From Promethearchaeota archaeon (GTDB lineage: Archaea; Asgardarchaeota; Lokiarchaeia; Sigyniarchaeales; SOKP01): a stretch of 52,107 nucleotides of DNA. A program made the translations under genes and the position numbers. The notes beneath the pieces were generated by a model. It did not search any database, was not told the DNA's origin, and saw only the letters and a program-made list of their open reading frames with translations. Below are positions 20,421 to 28,695 of this stretch, one piece after another. Location of the stretch: positions 1-52,107 of the forward strand of contig JBHLME010000012.1 in the NCBI GenBank assembly GCA_048938445.1, read 5' to 3'. Each line of letters starts with the position of its first letter. Positions within the stretch are counted from its first letter, which is position 1.

Positions 20421-20471
20421 TTTGTGAAATCTCAGAAGAAATTATCTGAGATAAAATATTATAAGATTTAA
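20421..20471 (+). pseudogene. Orphan diverged copy of the last 17 codons of the PaaI gene
   Basis: Encodes FVKSQKKLSEIKYYKI* versus PaaI FVKSQKKLSDTNYYKI* (16977-17027); 44/51 nt identical. Confidence 0.8.
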
Positions 20472-20501
20472 TTTCAAAATAAATCTTAATATTAGTATCC
20501 T

Positions 20502-21494
20502 TTATTCTTCTTTATAATAATGGAGTAATCTTCGTTTTTCTTTTAATAGTGCTTTTTTTTTTTCTTTTTCTTTAAAAATTTTAAATTTTTTTATTGCTTT
20601 TTCAATTTGAATGTCAACATTATTAAAAATTGAAAAATTTTTAACTCCTGTAGCTCTTTCATTTATGTTTGCTATAATAGCTTTTACATTCTCTCTTGAT
20701 GTAGCAATAAATAAACATTTTAACATATCATTAAAAAAGACATTATTATGTTTCCATAAGGACCTTATATTGTTCAATTTATCCTCAAAACCTTTTTGAA
20801 AGGCTATAAATAAGTTATCATAATCATCAAAATATTCTTCTGGCAACTGTATAATTAAAGAATAAAATGCTAAAGCAATCTCATCCTTATCTATTGTAGA
20901 GTTAAATAGTCTTTTTGATGGAAACTCCTCAAAATCTATGTTTAAAATCGGTTCAGAATTTTTTGTCAGGCTAAATAGTTGATAAAGATCTTCAATTTCT
21001 CTGCAATGCATTCTTTCATTATGACCACGATCTCCTATTCCTAATACATATGCAACGCAAGAACATTTTCCCAACCAATAAAAAATTAACTTAATATATT
21101 TATTTTTAGTCAGAAATATGCTTGGTAAATTAAGTACATCAAATCCGGGTAAATATTTTTCACTTATACAACCTAACGATTGGTGATAAATCACGTCAAA
21201 ATCGAAATTATGAACTTTTGTTAGAATTTTATTACAATAAACCTCATTCCACGCTTGTTCAGGTAATAATCTTTTAATTACAATTCCATAGGGTAATGTT
21301 CCTGAAAAAAGCACGAATTTAGGAAAATGTCGAGACGCAAGATATTTGTACATGATCATTATTTTCTTTTTTTCTGGAAAACGCTCAATGAGAACAGAAT
21401 TTATTAATTCATACTCTTTATCCGATTTAAAGAGTGGAAAAAGGGCCTCAGGTAAAGCATGACTGTAATTTTTATTTGTATTATTATGTTGCAT
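20502..21494 (-). CDS. Putative atypical kinase of PI3K/PI4K-like (also LanM-like) fold
   Basis: Motifs GIVIKR, NE, GCISEKYLPG, CVAYVLGIGDRGHN and ILNIDFEEF occur in kinase order. Confidence 0.6.
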   Translation of the reverse strand: MQHNNTNKNYSHALPEALFPLFKSDKEYELINSVLIERFPEKKKIMIMYKYLASRHFPKFVLFSGTLPYGIVIKRLLPEQAWNEVYCNKILTKVHNFDFDVIYHQSLGCISEKYLPGFDVLNLPSIFLTKNKYIKLIFYWLGKCSCVAYVLGIGDRGHNERMHCREIEDLYQLFSLTKNSEPILNIDFEEFPSKRLFNSTIDKDEIALAFYSLIIQLPEEYFDDYDNLFIAFQKGFEDKLNNIRSLWKHNNVFFNDMLKCLFIATSRENVKAIIANINERATGVKNFSIFNNVDIQIEKAIKKFKIFKEKEKKKALLKEKRRLLHYYKEE

Positions 21495-21590
21495 TTAAGC
21501 AATGACTCTTTTAATATCTATAATTGTTATGTATCTTTTCTATTTTATATTGGCCAACTATTTTAATATAATCAAAAAAAAGGAATTTTT

Positions 21591-21758
21591 TTAACTATAT
21601 ACTTGTTCCTCAGTATCGTCTCCTAATTCAACGTCCTCATTTGATATCTTATCAACTTCACTTTCACTATTATCTTCTTCTCCTTCAAACTCATCTCCAT
21701 ATACATCCGATTCAATTTTTTTCTTTTTTTTTGATTCTTTCTTCTCCTTTTTGTTCAT
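21591..21758 (-). CDS. Small 55-aa basic/acidic peptide (below the ORF-track cutoff)
   Basis: MNKKEKKESKKKKKIESDVYGDEFEGEEDNSESEVDKISNEDVELGDDTEEQVYS*; AAGGTG SD-like motif ~10 nt upstream; co-oriented between hsp20 and the kinase. Confidence 0.65.
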   Translation of the reverse strand: MNKKEKKESKKKKKIESDVYGDEFEGEEDNSESEVDKISNEDVELGDDTEEQVYS

Positions 21759-21882
21759 ATTTTTAAACACCTTTTAATTTAAAAAGTTTGAATATAATAA
21801 ACGTAGTATCAAATAAAATTTAGAAATTTATAAATTATTAATATCAGAAGGTAAAAATTATGGAAAAAAAATATAATGCTTT

Positions 21883-22458
21883 TTATTTAACTTCAATAGT
21901 TTTTTTTTCCAATTTTTTTGGCTCTACTTTAGGGATCTTTACTGTTAAAACTCCTTTTTCTAAACTTGCTTCTATTTGATCATCATTGATATTTTCCGGC
22001 AAGCTAAAACATCGGTAATAACTCGAAGAATGGTATTCTCTTCTAACTAATTCACCTTTTTTTTCTTCTTTTTTTTCTTCTTTAACTTCACCTTTAATTT
22101 CTAAATTACCATCATGGATACTAATAGTAATATCCCCCTTATTTAAACCAGGCATTTCCGCAACTATATTGAAATTCTTTTCATCTTCAGTAACATTCGT
22201 TAAAGGTGTTCGAAAAAAAGGTTTTCTTTCTATTATGGATGAACTTAAAGGAGACCACCGTCTATAACTAAATGGCCACATCCAATCATCAAAAAATCTT
22301 CTACTTAAATCATCGAAATAACGATCCATTTCTTGAAATAATGAAAAGGGCTTTTCTCGTTTAATTGCTAACTCTCTTGATTCCTTATCTTCCTTCTCTT
22401 TCTTTTTACTTTTTTCTTTTTTAATTTGAATTTGTTCACTCATCCTATCCACCTTCAA
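21883..22458 (-). CDS. hsp20: Small heat shock protein (Hsp20/alpha-crystallin)
   Basis: AEMPG, RCFSLP, ASLEKGVLTVKIPK, C-terminal IEV motif; likely start ATG 22443 after GAAGGTGG. Confidence 0.95.
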   Translation of the reverse strand: MKVDRMSEQIQIKKEKSKKKEKEDKESRELAIKREKPFSLFQEMDRYFDDLSRRFFDDWMWPFSYRRWSPLSSSIIERKPFFRTPLTNVTEDEKNFNIVAEMPGLNKGDITISIHDGNLEIKGEVKEEKKEEKKGELVRREYHSSSYYRCFSLPENINDDQIEASLEKGVLTVKIPKVEPKKLEKKTIEVK

Positions 22459-22676
22459 ATAACTTCTATTACTAAATAATTGAATTGGATCAAAAAATCA
22501 GTAAGATTGTTGTATATTTAAATTTTTTTTCCACAAAAATGGCACCTATAAGGTAATTGACCTAATATATATAATCTAGTTTTAAGACTTCTAATTATGA
22601 AATTTTATTATTTTAAAGATTAATTATCAAAATAGGTGATATCCTACGACCTGAATTTAATAAATTGTGTGATGAT

Positions 22677-23105
22677 TTATTTCTTAAAAAGACCTATAAG
22701 TTCAGCTGTATCGATCGTATGATCATCAATTATCTCAAAAAAATTCTTCTTTATTACTCCTTCTAATTTATTCGTGTCAAGACCATATATTTTAAAAAAA
22801 TACCTATGAGTTCCGCTTGGTGGTGCTGGACCTCCATATCCTTTTTTTCCAAAATCATTCATAAGTTCTGTACCTGGAACCGGACCTCCTTGGGGAATTT
22901 CTCTAATACTTGCTGAAATATTGATTATTAACCAATGGATCCAATCTCCTGCTGGAGCATCATGGTCATTACAAGATAATGCAAAACTTTTAACTTTAGG
23001 AGAGACCTTGTCCCATTTCAGATGAGGAGAAATATTCTTATTTTTATATCCAAATTTTCCATCCATTAATCCATTATGTTTAAAATCATTACTAATTAGT
23101 TTCAT
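22677..23105 (-). CDS. YbhB/YbcL (PEBP/RKIP-like) protein
   Basis: NISPHLKW, DHDAP...WIHW, GYGGPAPPSGTHRYFF. Confidence 0.92.
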   Translation of the reverse strand: MKLISNDFKHNGLMDGKFGYKNKNISPHLKWDKVSPKVKSFALSCNDHDAPAGDWIHWLIINISASIREIPQGGPVPGTELMNDFGKKGYGGPAPPSGTHRYFFKIYGLDTNKLEGVIKKNFFEIIDDHTIDTAELIGLFKK

Positions 23106-23329
23106 AAGTTTTTTTTAAATCAATTGTGTATTTAATTTTTTTCATGACATACATTCTCAGTTTGGGAGGTAAAAATAAGCATAAATTTTTTCTTAAAAAT
23201 TATTAAGAATTGTATAATAATTTCAAAATAATATCTGGAATCATATTTAAATATTATTTAAATATAGTTGATAATTCTTGAAACTCAGCCATCAATCCTT
23301 TTATAGGCATAATTTGGGTATAATAGAAT

Positions 23330-23788
23330 TTATTCTTGGAAATTATTTTTACAGTTGTGTTTTTTTAAATATTTAATTGCTTTTATAAGTATAAAAGGAT
23401 TTTCTTTAGAAAAATTTAAAATATTATTACAATAATGGCATAATAATCCTCTAATTTTTCCGCTTTTATGACAATGATCAATATGAGTCATATTTAATTT
23501 TTTCAAATCCAAGGATTTCCTACATATTGGACAGGAATTATTTTGTATATCTAATAACTGCTTAAATTCCTCATTATTAATCTTATAGGTTTTTAAAATA
23601 TGATATTTTTTATCCCATCTTCTTTTACATTCCTTGCACCATGAATCAAAACCATCTGGACTATTTTTTCTTCGATAGAAAAAAATAGATGTTTTGGGTT
23701 TATTTTCCTTGCAATTTAAACAAATTTTATATCTTACTTTATTAAGATTGCTATTTTTATTAGTTCCCATTATTATTTTTTCTTCCAT
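23330..23788 (-). CDS. Endonuclease VII (His-Me finger) domain protein with N-terminal Cys4 finger
   Basis: CLNC...WCKEC; QNNSCPIC...HIDHCHKSGKIRGLLCHYCNNIL. Confidence 0.88.
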   Translation of the reverse strand: MEEKIIMGTNKNSNLNKVRYKICLNCKENKPKTSIFFYRRKNSPDGFDSWCKECKRRWDKKYHILKTYKINNEEFKQLLDIQNNSCPICRKSLDLKKLNMTHIDHCHKSGKIRGLLCHYCNNILNFSKENPFILIKAIKYLKKHNCKNNFQE

Positions 23789-24176
23789 TATATTTTAAAT
23801 AATGAATTGCATTTGTTAAAGTGTATATACTATCAAAAGCATATCCTAAAAGGAGATTACAATTATTACATAGAAGTTCTCTTAAATTATTATTTTTATG
23901 ATTATGATCCACAAATGGTTGATAAGGAAATTTATTAGTAAAAGTAATACCACAAATTGCACATCGATTTTCCTGTTTTTTTTTCATTTTGTTAAAATCA
24001 TAGTTAGATAATCCATACTTATATTTTTTATATCTAGACTTGTCATATTCTTTTTTACAACTTTTACACCAACCATCTAGACCTGATTTTTGAGTACGAT
24101 TTTTATAAAAAAATTCCGATGTAGCTGGTAATATTAATTTACATTTACAACATTTTTTTTTTTCAGATTTCTCCAT
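23760..24176 (-). CDS. Endonuclease VII (His-Me finger) domain protein, paralog of the adjacent gene
   Basis: CCKC...WCKSC; QENRCAIC...VDHNHKNNNLRELLCNNCNLLLG; overlaps the next gene by 29 nt. Confidence 0.88.
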   Translation of the reverse strand: MEKSEKKKCCKCKLILPATSEFFYKNRTQKSGLDGWCKSCKKEYDKSRYKKYKYGLSNYDFNKMKKKQENRCAICGITFTNKFPYQPFVDHNHKNNNLRELLCNNCNLLLGYAFDSIYTLTNAIHYLKYNGRKNNNGN

Positions 24177-24769
24177 TAAATCAATATATTTCTATTTTAA
24201 TTCTTATTATTTTTTTAAAAAAGACTATATAAAATTATTTAATTTTTAAAATTATTTAAAGAAAAAAAGAGAAGTTTAGAAATATTATATTTATCATTAA
24301 GATTTACTCTCTGATTTTAATTAAATTGATATCATTTAGGTTTTATGATAGAAAATCTGTAATATTATCATAAAAATAACTTAACGATAAAATACGTAAA
24401 TCTCGTATTTAAAGGGGAAATAGAGACAGCTAAGAATATTTGATTACTTTTTAACTTATTTTAAATAAAGTAACACTGCTGATTTTTTAATATACGTATA
24501 TCTTTAGGTATACCATTTGAAGAAAATGCAATCAAAACCGCATTTATCTTTACTTTTTTAAAATGGGTGTCTTAACTCATAATAGGATGAGACTTGAAGC
24601 CGTCTCTTCATATATAACACATAAAATGAACAATTTTTTTCAGTCATACTTAAATAGCTGAAATTTATTTAATTAAATATTTGAGCGGTCTAAACATATT
24701 TTATATTATTAGAGGACTTCATATTTCAATAGAGAAATGTTTATATAGAAAAAAAATTAAATTAGGGTA

Positions 24770-24960
24770 TGGTGCAGGTTAAATAATATTCACCGTCCAA
24801 GTGTTTTATACCTGTGCCAATCAATTATAAAGGAAATATTGAGGTGTCTTGAATATAAATCTTTCAAGCCCTCTACATTTCCGTCTGAAGGTTCGATCAA
24901 TTAGAAGATCCCCATTGGAGAGAAAGAATTTCTCAGTTACATATAGGTAAATTCCAACTG
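24770..24960 (+). ncRNA. Candidate structured non-coding RNA
   Basis: BRE/TATA-like GAGAAATG-TTTATATA (TATA 24740-24747) about 23 nt upstream. Stems TGGTGCAGGT/ACCTGTGCCA; nested GGAAAT/ATTTCC, GAGG/CCTC, CTTGAA/TTCAAG; TTGGA/TCCAA enclosing GAGAAA/TTTCTC and TTAC/GTAA. Confidence 0.45.
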
Positions 24961-25282
24961 CTCGAATAATAAATTCATACATATCTGGGTTAGAGTAATG
25001 TTACATTAAAAATCTTAATATTAGTGTTTTAATAACATTCTATTGTTATCTATTTAAAAATAAAATATAATATAGTGAATTTGAAGAAATATTAACTTTC
25101 ATAATATTTAACTATGTCTCTTTTTCTTAATCATATTCAATCAGATAGAATATACTATATTTGTATTACTTTTGCTTAACAAATGTGGCACAGATTTTAA
25201 TGGGATTTGCCGAGATGTGTCGGTTTTTATCGACTTTTTTTAAAAAAAAATTGAGGATATCAATTTTCTAATTTTTTATTAT

Positions 25283-25313
25283 GGTGTCATTTCGACACCG
25301 ATAAATTTATATA
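25283..25313. promoter_or_regulatory. Palindrome adjacent to a TATA-like box
   Basis: GGTGTC-ATTTC-GACACC (25283-25299) followed by TTTATATA (25306-25313). Confidence 0.45.
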
Positions 25314-25645
25314 ACTCAGCTTTCACGAAAAAACATATAGATTCAAATTTTTTTAACTATTTATTAAATAAAATATCTTATCAATTCTTTCATATTGATT
25401 TGGATATTAACCACATAGAATTTCTAACTTTCCAACCATACTTACTATGATATATCTTACACATTCAGTGTATAACAAACTGTAATATTTTTTTTCTTCT
25501 GAATTAATAATTCACTTTAATTAATAGATTGTGTTGATACATTAGATATCTTAAAACTTTTATTTGTCTACACTACTAGATATACGTCTGTAAATAAGAT
25601 TATGAAAATTACTTAAATTATAAAGGGAATTAAATCGTAGAAATA

Positions 25646-26497
25646 ATGGTAGACGTAGAAGTAAGATGCCCATCATGTAAAAAAGTAGGAAAAATAGATG
25701 TTCAAGAGAATGTAATATTAAATTCTCAGCGAGGGATTACAACAATTTGTGTAGAACAATCTTTAATATGCAATCATTCCTTTGTTGCATATATTGATAC
25801 AAATTTAGATGTAAGAGACTATATCCTCTCTGATTTTACAGTAGAATTACCGGAATTACAAAAAGATCAGAAAGGAGAATACTTATTTATCCCCGAGGCT
25901 AATTTTGTAGATTTGTTTTTGTTAACAATAAATCTTGGAGTACAAAGACTAGTATATATCATCCGTGCAATTTTTATGGGAAAAAAAGTAGTTTTAATCA
26001 ATGATTTAGAGTCTTTAAGTAAACATGTTGAAAATCTTCTAAATTTTGTCATTCAAGATACTTTTGAATATGAAATATTAATTATTTCGTGTGCAAATTA
26101 TAGAAATGATAAAAAGAATTATAAAAATCATATTATCATTGAAAATAATAAAGTATTAAACGATAAAAGTAAATTACTAGCGGAGAATAGAATTAAAATT
26201 GAAAACACTATTATTGAAAAATTTTTAGGAGAAAATAATAGTACCACTGCTCTATTAATTTTCAAGAACGAATTTTGGAAAGCTAGAGAGATATCCAATG
26301 AAGTAATGAATATTTTAAATAATTATAAGGGGAAAAATAAAATGAGTAAGAAAGAACTTATAACTAAGTTACGCGAGAAATTTTCTATTAATATATCTTT
26401 TCTTTATTTAGAATTTATATTAGAAATTTTAAAAAATTATGAAAAATTTGATTTAAATGTTTTATCCAGTTATTACATACCTGGTTTGGGTGTATAA
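25646..26497 (+). CDS. Zn-ribbon protein with DENN-like central domain (Lokiarchaeal-type family)
   Basis: CPSC...CNHSFVAYID N-terminus; LVYIIRAIFMGKKVVLIND...LSKHVENLLNFV resembles the cDENN core. Confidence 0.55.
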   Translation: MVDVEVRCPSCKKVGKIDVQENVILNSQRGITTICVEQSLICNHSFVAYIDTNLDVRDYILSDFTVELPELQKDQKGEYLFIPEANFVDLFLLTINLGVQRLVYIIRAIFMGKKVVLINDLESLSKHVENLLNFVIQDTFEYEILIISCANYRNDKKNYKNHIIIENNKVLNDKSKLLAENRIKIENTIIEKFLGENNSTTALLIFKNEFWKAREISNEVMNILNNYKGKNKMSKKELITKLREKFSINISFLYLEFILEILKNYEKFDLNVLSSYYIPGLGV

Positions 26498-26614
26498 TTC
26501 TTTTTTTTTAATATTTTGATGCCCTTTAAGCAGGAAAAAATCTGATAATGTAATATTTAAATATGCTAATAATAATGATAACTATAATATTAGATAAATC
26601 AAAGCAAGATTAAA

Positions 26615-27244
26615 ATGGACATACTTGAATACATTTTCTTTTTTATCATTATGGGAGGATATAATGTATTATTTATATGGAAACTCCCAACTGTTGAAGA
26701 GCAATTAAAGTATTATTATTATGGGATTATCTCGTTTAATTTCCTTTGGACATTAGGACAATTCTTCTGGCTTTTAATGGAACAATTCTCTCTAGGACTT
26801 GCATATAATATCTTTTATGGTTTAGGAAACTTTTTTAGTTATATGGCAGCGACAATATTAATGTTCTCCGTTGAAAGATATGTATTTAAAAAACTTAAAT
26901 ATATACCAACTTTACTTTTAGCTTTTTTTACTATATTTGCTGTGGCGGTTGTTCAATATTATGGTACTTTTATGCAAATAGTACCTACAATAGGAGCTAC
27001 TGCACTAATTTTTATCATTCCGATTATATATTATAAAATAGCTGCTGAAACTGAAAGTAAAACCCGTATAAAAGCTATATTAATGGGATCTTCATTAATT
27101 ATTTTTGGATTTGGAGTCATATTTAATACATATTTTTTTCAATCTTTAATACCTATAATGGAATATGTAGCACCAATCATCCAATTAGTGGGAGCAGGTA
27201 TTTTTAATTACACTTTCATCTTTTATAATATTTCAAATAAATAA
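26615..27244 (+). CDS. Polytopic (~7 TM) membrane protein
   Basis: About seven hydrophobic segments, short loops, no soluble domain. Confidence 0.7.
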   Translation: MDILEYIFFFIIMGGYNVLFIWKLPTVEEQLKYYYYGIISFNFLWTLGQFFWLLMEQFSLGLAYNIFYGLGNFFSYMAATILMFSVERYVFKKLKYIPTLLLAFFTIFAVAVVQYYGTFMQIVPTIGATALIFIIPIIYYKIAAETESKTRIKAILMGSSLIIFGFGVIFNTYFFQSLIPIMEYVAPIIQLVGAGIFNYTFIFYNISNK

Positions 27245-27314
27245 ATTACTTTTAAATTATTATTTTTTTGAATTTTTATGTGGTTTGCTTTTATGAATAA
27301 ATCTACTCATTATT

Positions 27315-27554
27315 TTATTTTAAATGTTTTAATTCAAAAATAAGCTTATTGACTCTTTCATGTTGATTTGGAAACAAATCTTGAGGAACTTCAGAACTAC
27401 CAACAATATTCGCCATTACAAATCTTGCACATTCTTTAAAACCTGAATTACAATATTTTGCTTTAAATAAAACACTTGTTGCGGGCATTTTAACCATTTT
27501 ATCATTAAAAAATGGACATTTTTTTAAATTATTACATTCAACCATAATATTCAT
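27315..27554 (-). CDS. Small Cys4 protein
   Basis: C-x5-CPFF...KYC...CARF...VPQDLFPNQ. Confidence 0.7.
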   Translation of the reverse strand: MNIMVECNNLKKCPFFNDKMVKMPATSVLFKAKYCNSGFKECARFVMANIVGSSEVPQDLFPNQHERVNKLIFELKHLK

Positions 27555-27697
27555 TAAAAGAAATTATCTATTAAATAACAAATCAATAGAAAAATACTTA
27601 AAATTAATACAATAGGACGTTAGTTTGTTATACCATAACACACATTTTTAAAATTTTAAAATATCATTGTTCGATTTGAAAATTATATCAAGAATTT

Positions 27698-28495
27698 TTA
27701 TTTCCCTTTAAAATTTGGTTTTCTTTTCTGGAAAAATGAATTGACTCCTTTTTGAAAATCTTCTGTGGCGGCATTCATGCTGACATGTTTTAGTTCTTCT
27801 TCTAAATGTGCATTCAAATCATTGGTAAATGATTTTGAAAAGAGATATTTAGTGCTTCCAAACGCCAATGTAGGGCCATTACTTATTTTTTGTGCGATTT
27901 TTTTGATTTCTTCTAAAAACGGAGTGTCACCACCAATAATTTGGGAAACTAAATTATATTTTTCTGCTTCTTCTGATGTTAGTATACGGTTTAGAAGTGC
28001 CATTTCATTAGCTAATGGTAAACCCACGATTTTTGGTAGATGATATGTTAAAGAAGAATCAGGGGATAATCCAACAGATGTAAAAGCAACACTAAATTTC
28101 GCATTATTAGTACAAAATCTTAGATCACATGCACAAGCTAAACTTAAACCAACTCCAAAACATGGTCCATTTATGGCAGCGATACTTGGGGTGTTTATTG
28201 ATTTCAGAATCTTAATACTTTTATGAAAATTTGAAGCTAAATCATATAGAAAATTGCCAGGTGCATCTGACTGCTGAAATTCAACTAAATCCCCTCCCGC
28301 ACAAAAAGCCTTTCCCCTTCCAGTAATGATTAAACAACGGATAAAATCTTTTTTGGAGACTTCTTCAATGGCAAGATAAAAATCATCACATAATTGATTA
28401 TTGAGGGCATTTAATTGATCAGGACGGTTTAAATATATGATTGCAAACCCTTCAGATTCAAAAATTTCTAATTCTATTGTTTTATATTGATTCAT
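27698..28495 (-). CDS. Enoyl-CoA hydratase/isomerase (crotonase; PaaG-like)
   Basis: LNRPDQLNAL, AFCAGGDL, AAINGPCFGVG, GLSPD, KRKPNFKG. Confidence 0.93.
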   Translation of the reverse strand: MNQYKTIELEIFESEGFAIIYLNRPDQLNALNNQLCDDFYLAIEEVSKKDFIRCLIITGRGKAFCAGGDLVEFQQSDAPGNFLYDLASNFHKSIKILKSINTPSIAAINGPCFGVGLSLACACDLRFCTNNAKFSVAFTSVGLSPDSSLTYHLPKIVGLPLANEMALLNRILTSEEAEKYNLVSQIIGGDTPFLEEIKKIAQKISNGPTLAFGSTKYLFSKSFTNDLNAHLEEELKHVSMNAATEDFQKGVNSFFQKRKPNFKGK

Positions 28496-28695
28496 TTCAC
28501 TAATTACCTGATTTACTTTTTGATTTTTATTTTAGCATAAAAAAAAATAACTTAAAAGCTTTAACATATTTGTCTCCTTTTGATTGTTTTTTAAAAAAAA
28601 ATAACTCTAATATGAAAAAAATACTTAATTAAAGAAGATGAAACGAATTTTAAAGTTTATAAAAAAATTTAACATATATTCTTAAATCCAGGGAT

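Noticed and set aside
24770-24960. RNase P RNA, SRP RNA or cobalamin riboswitch identity for the structured region
   Set aside because: Conserved motifs (GAGGAAAGUCC, SRP helix 8, B12 box) not found
24177-25645. Replication origin in the long AT-rich gap
   Set aside because: No repeated ORB-like (TCCA-N-TGGAAAC plus G-string) boxes recognised and no orc1/cdc6 adjacent; cannot be fully excluded
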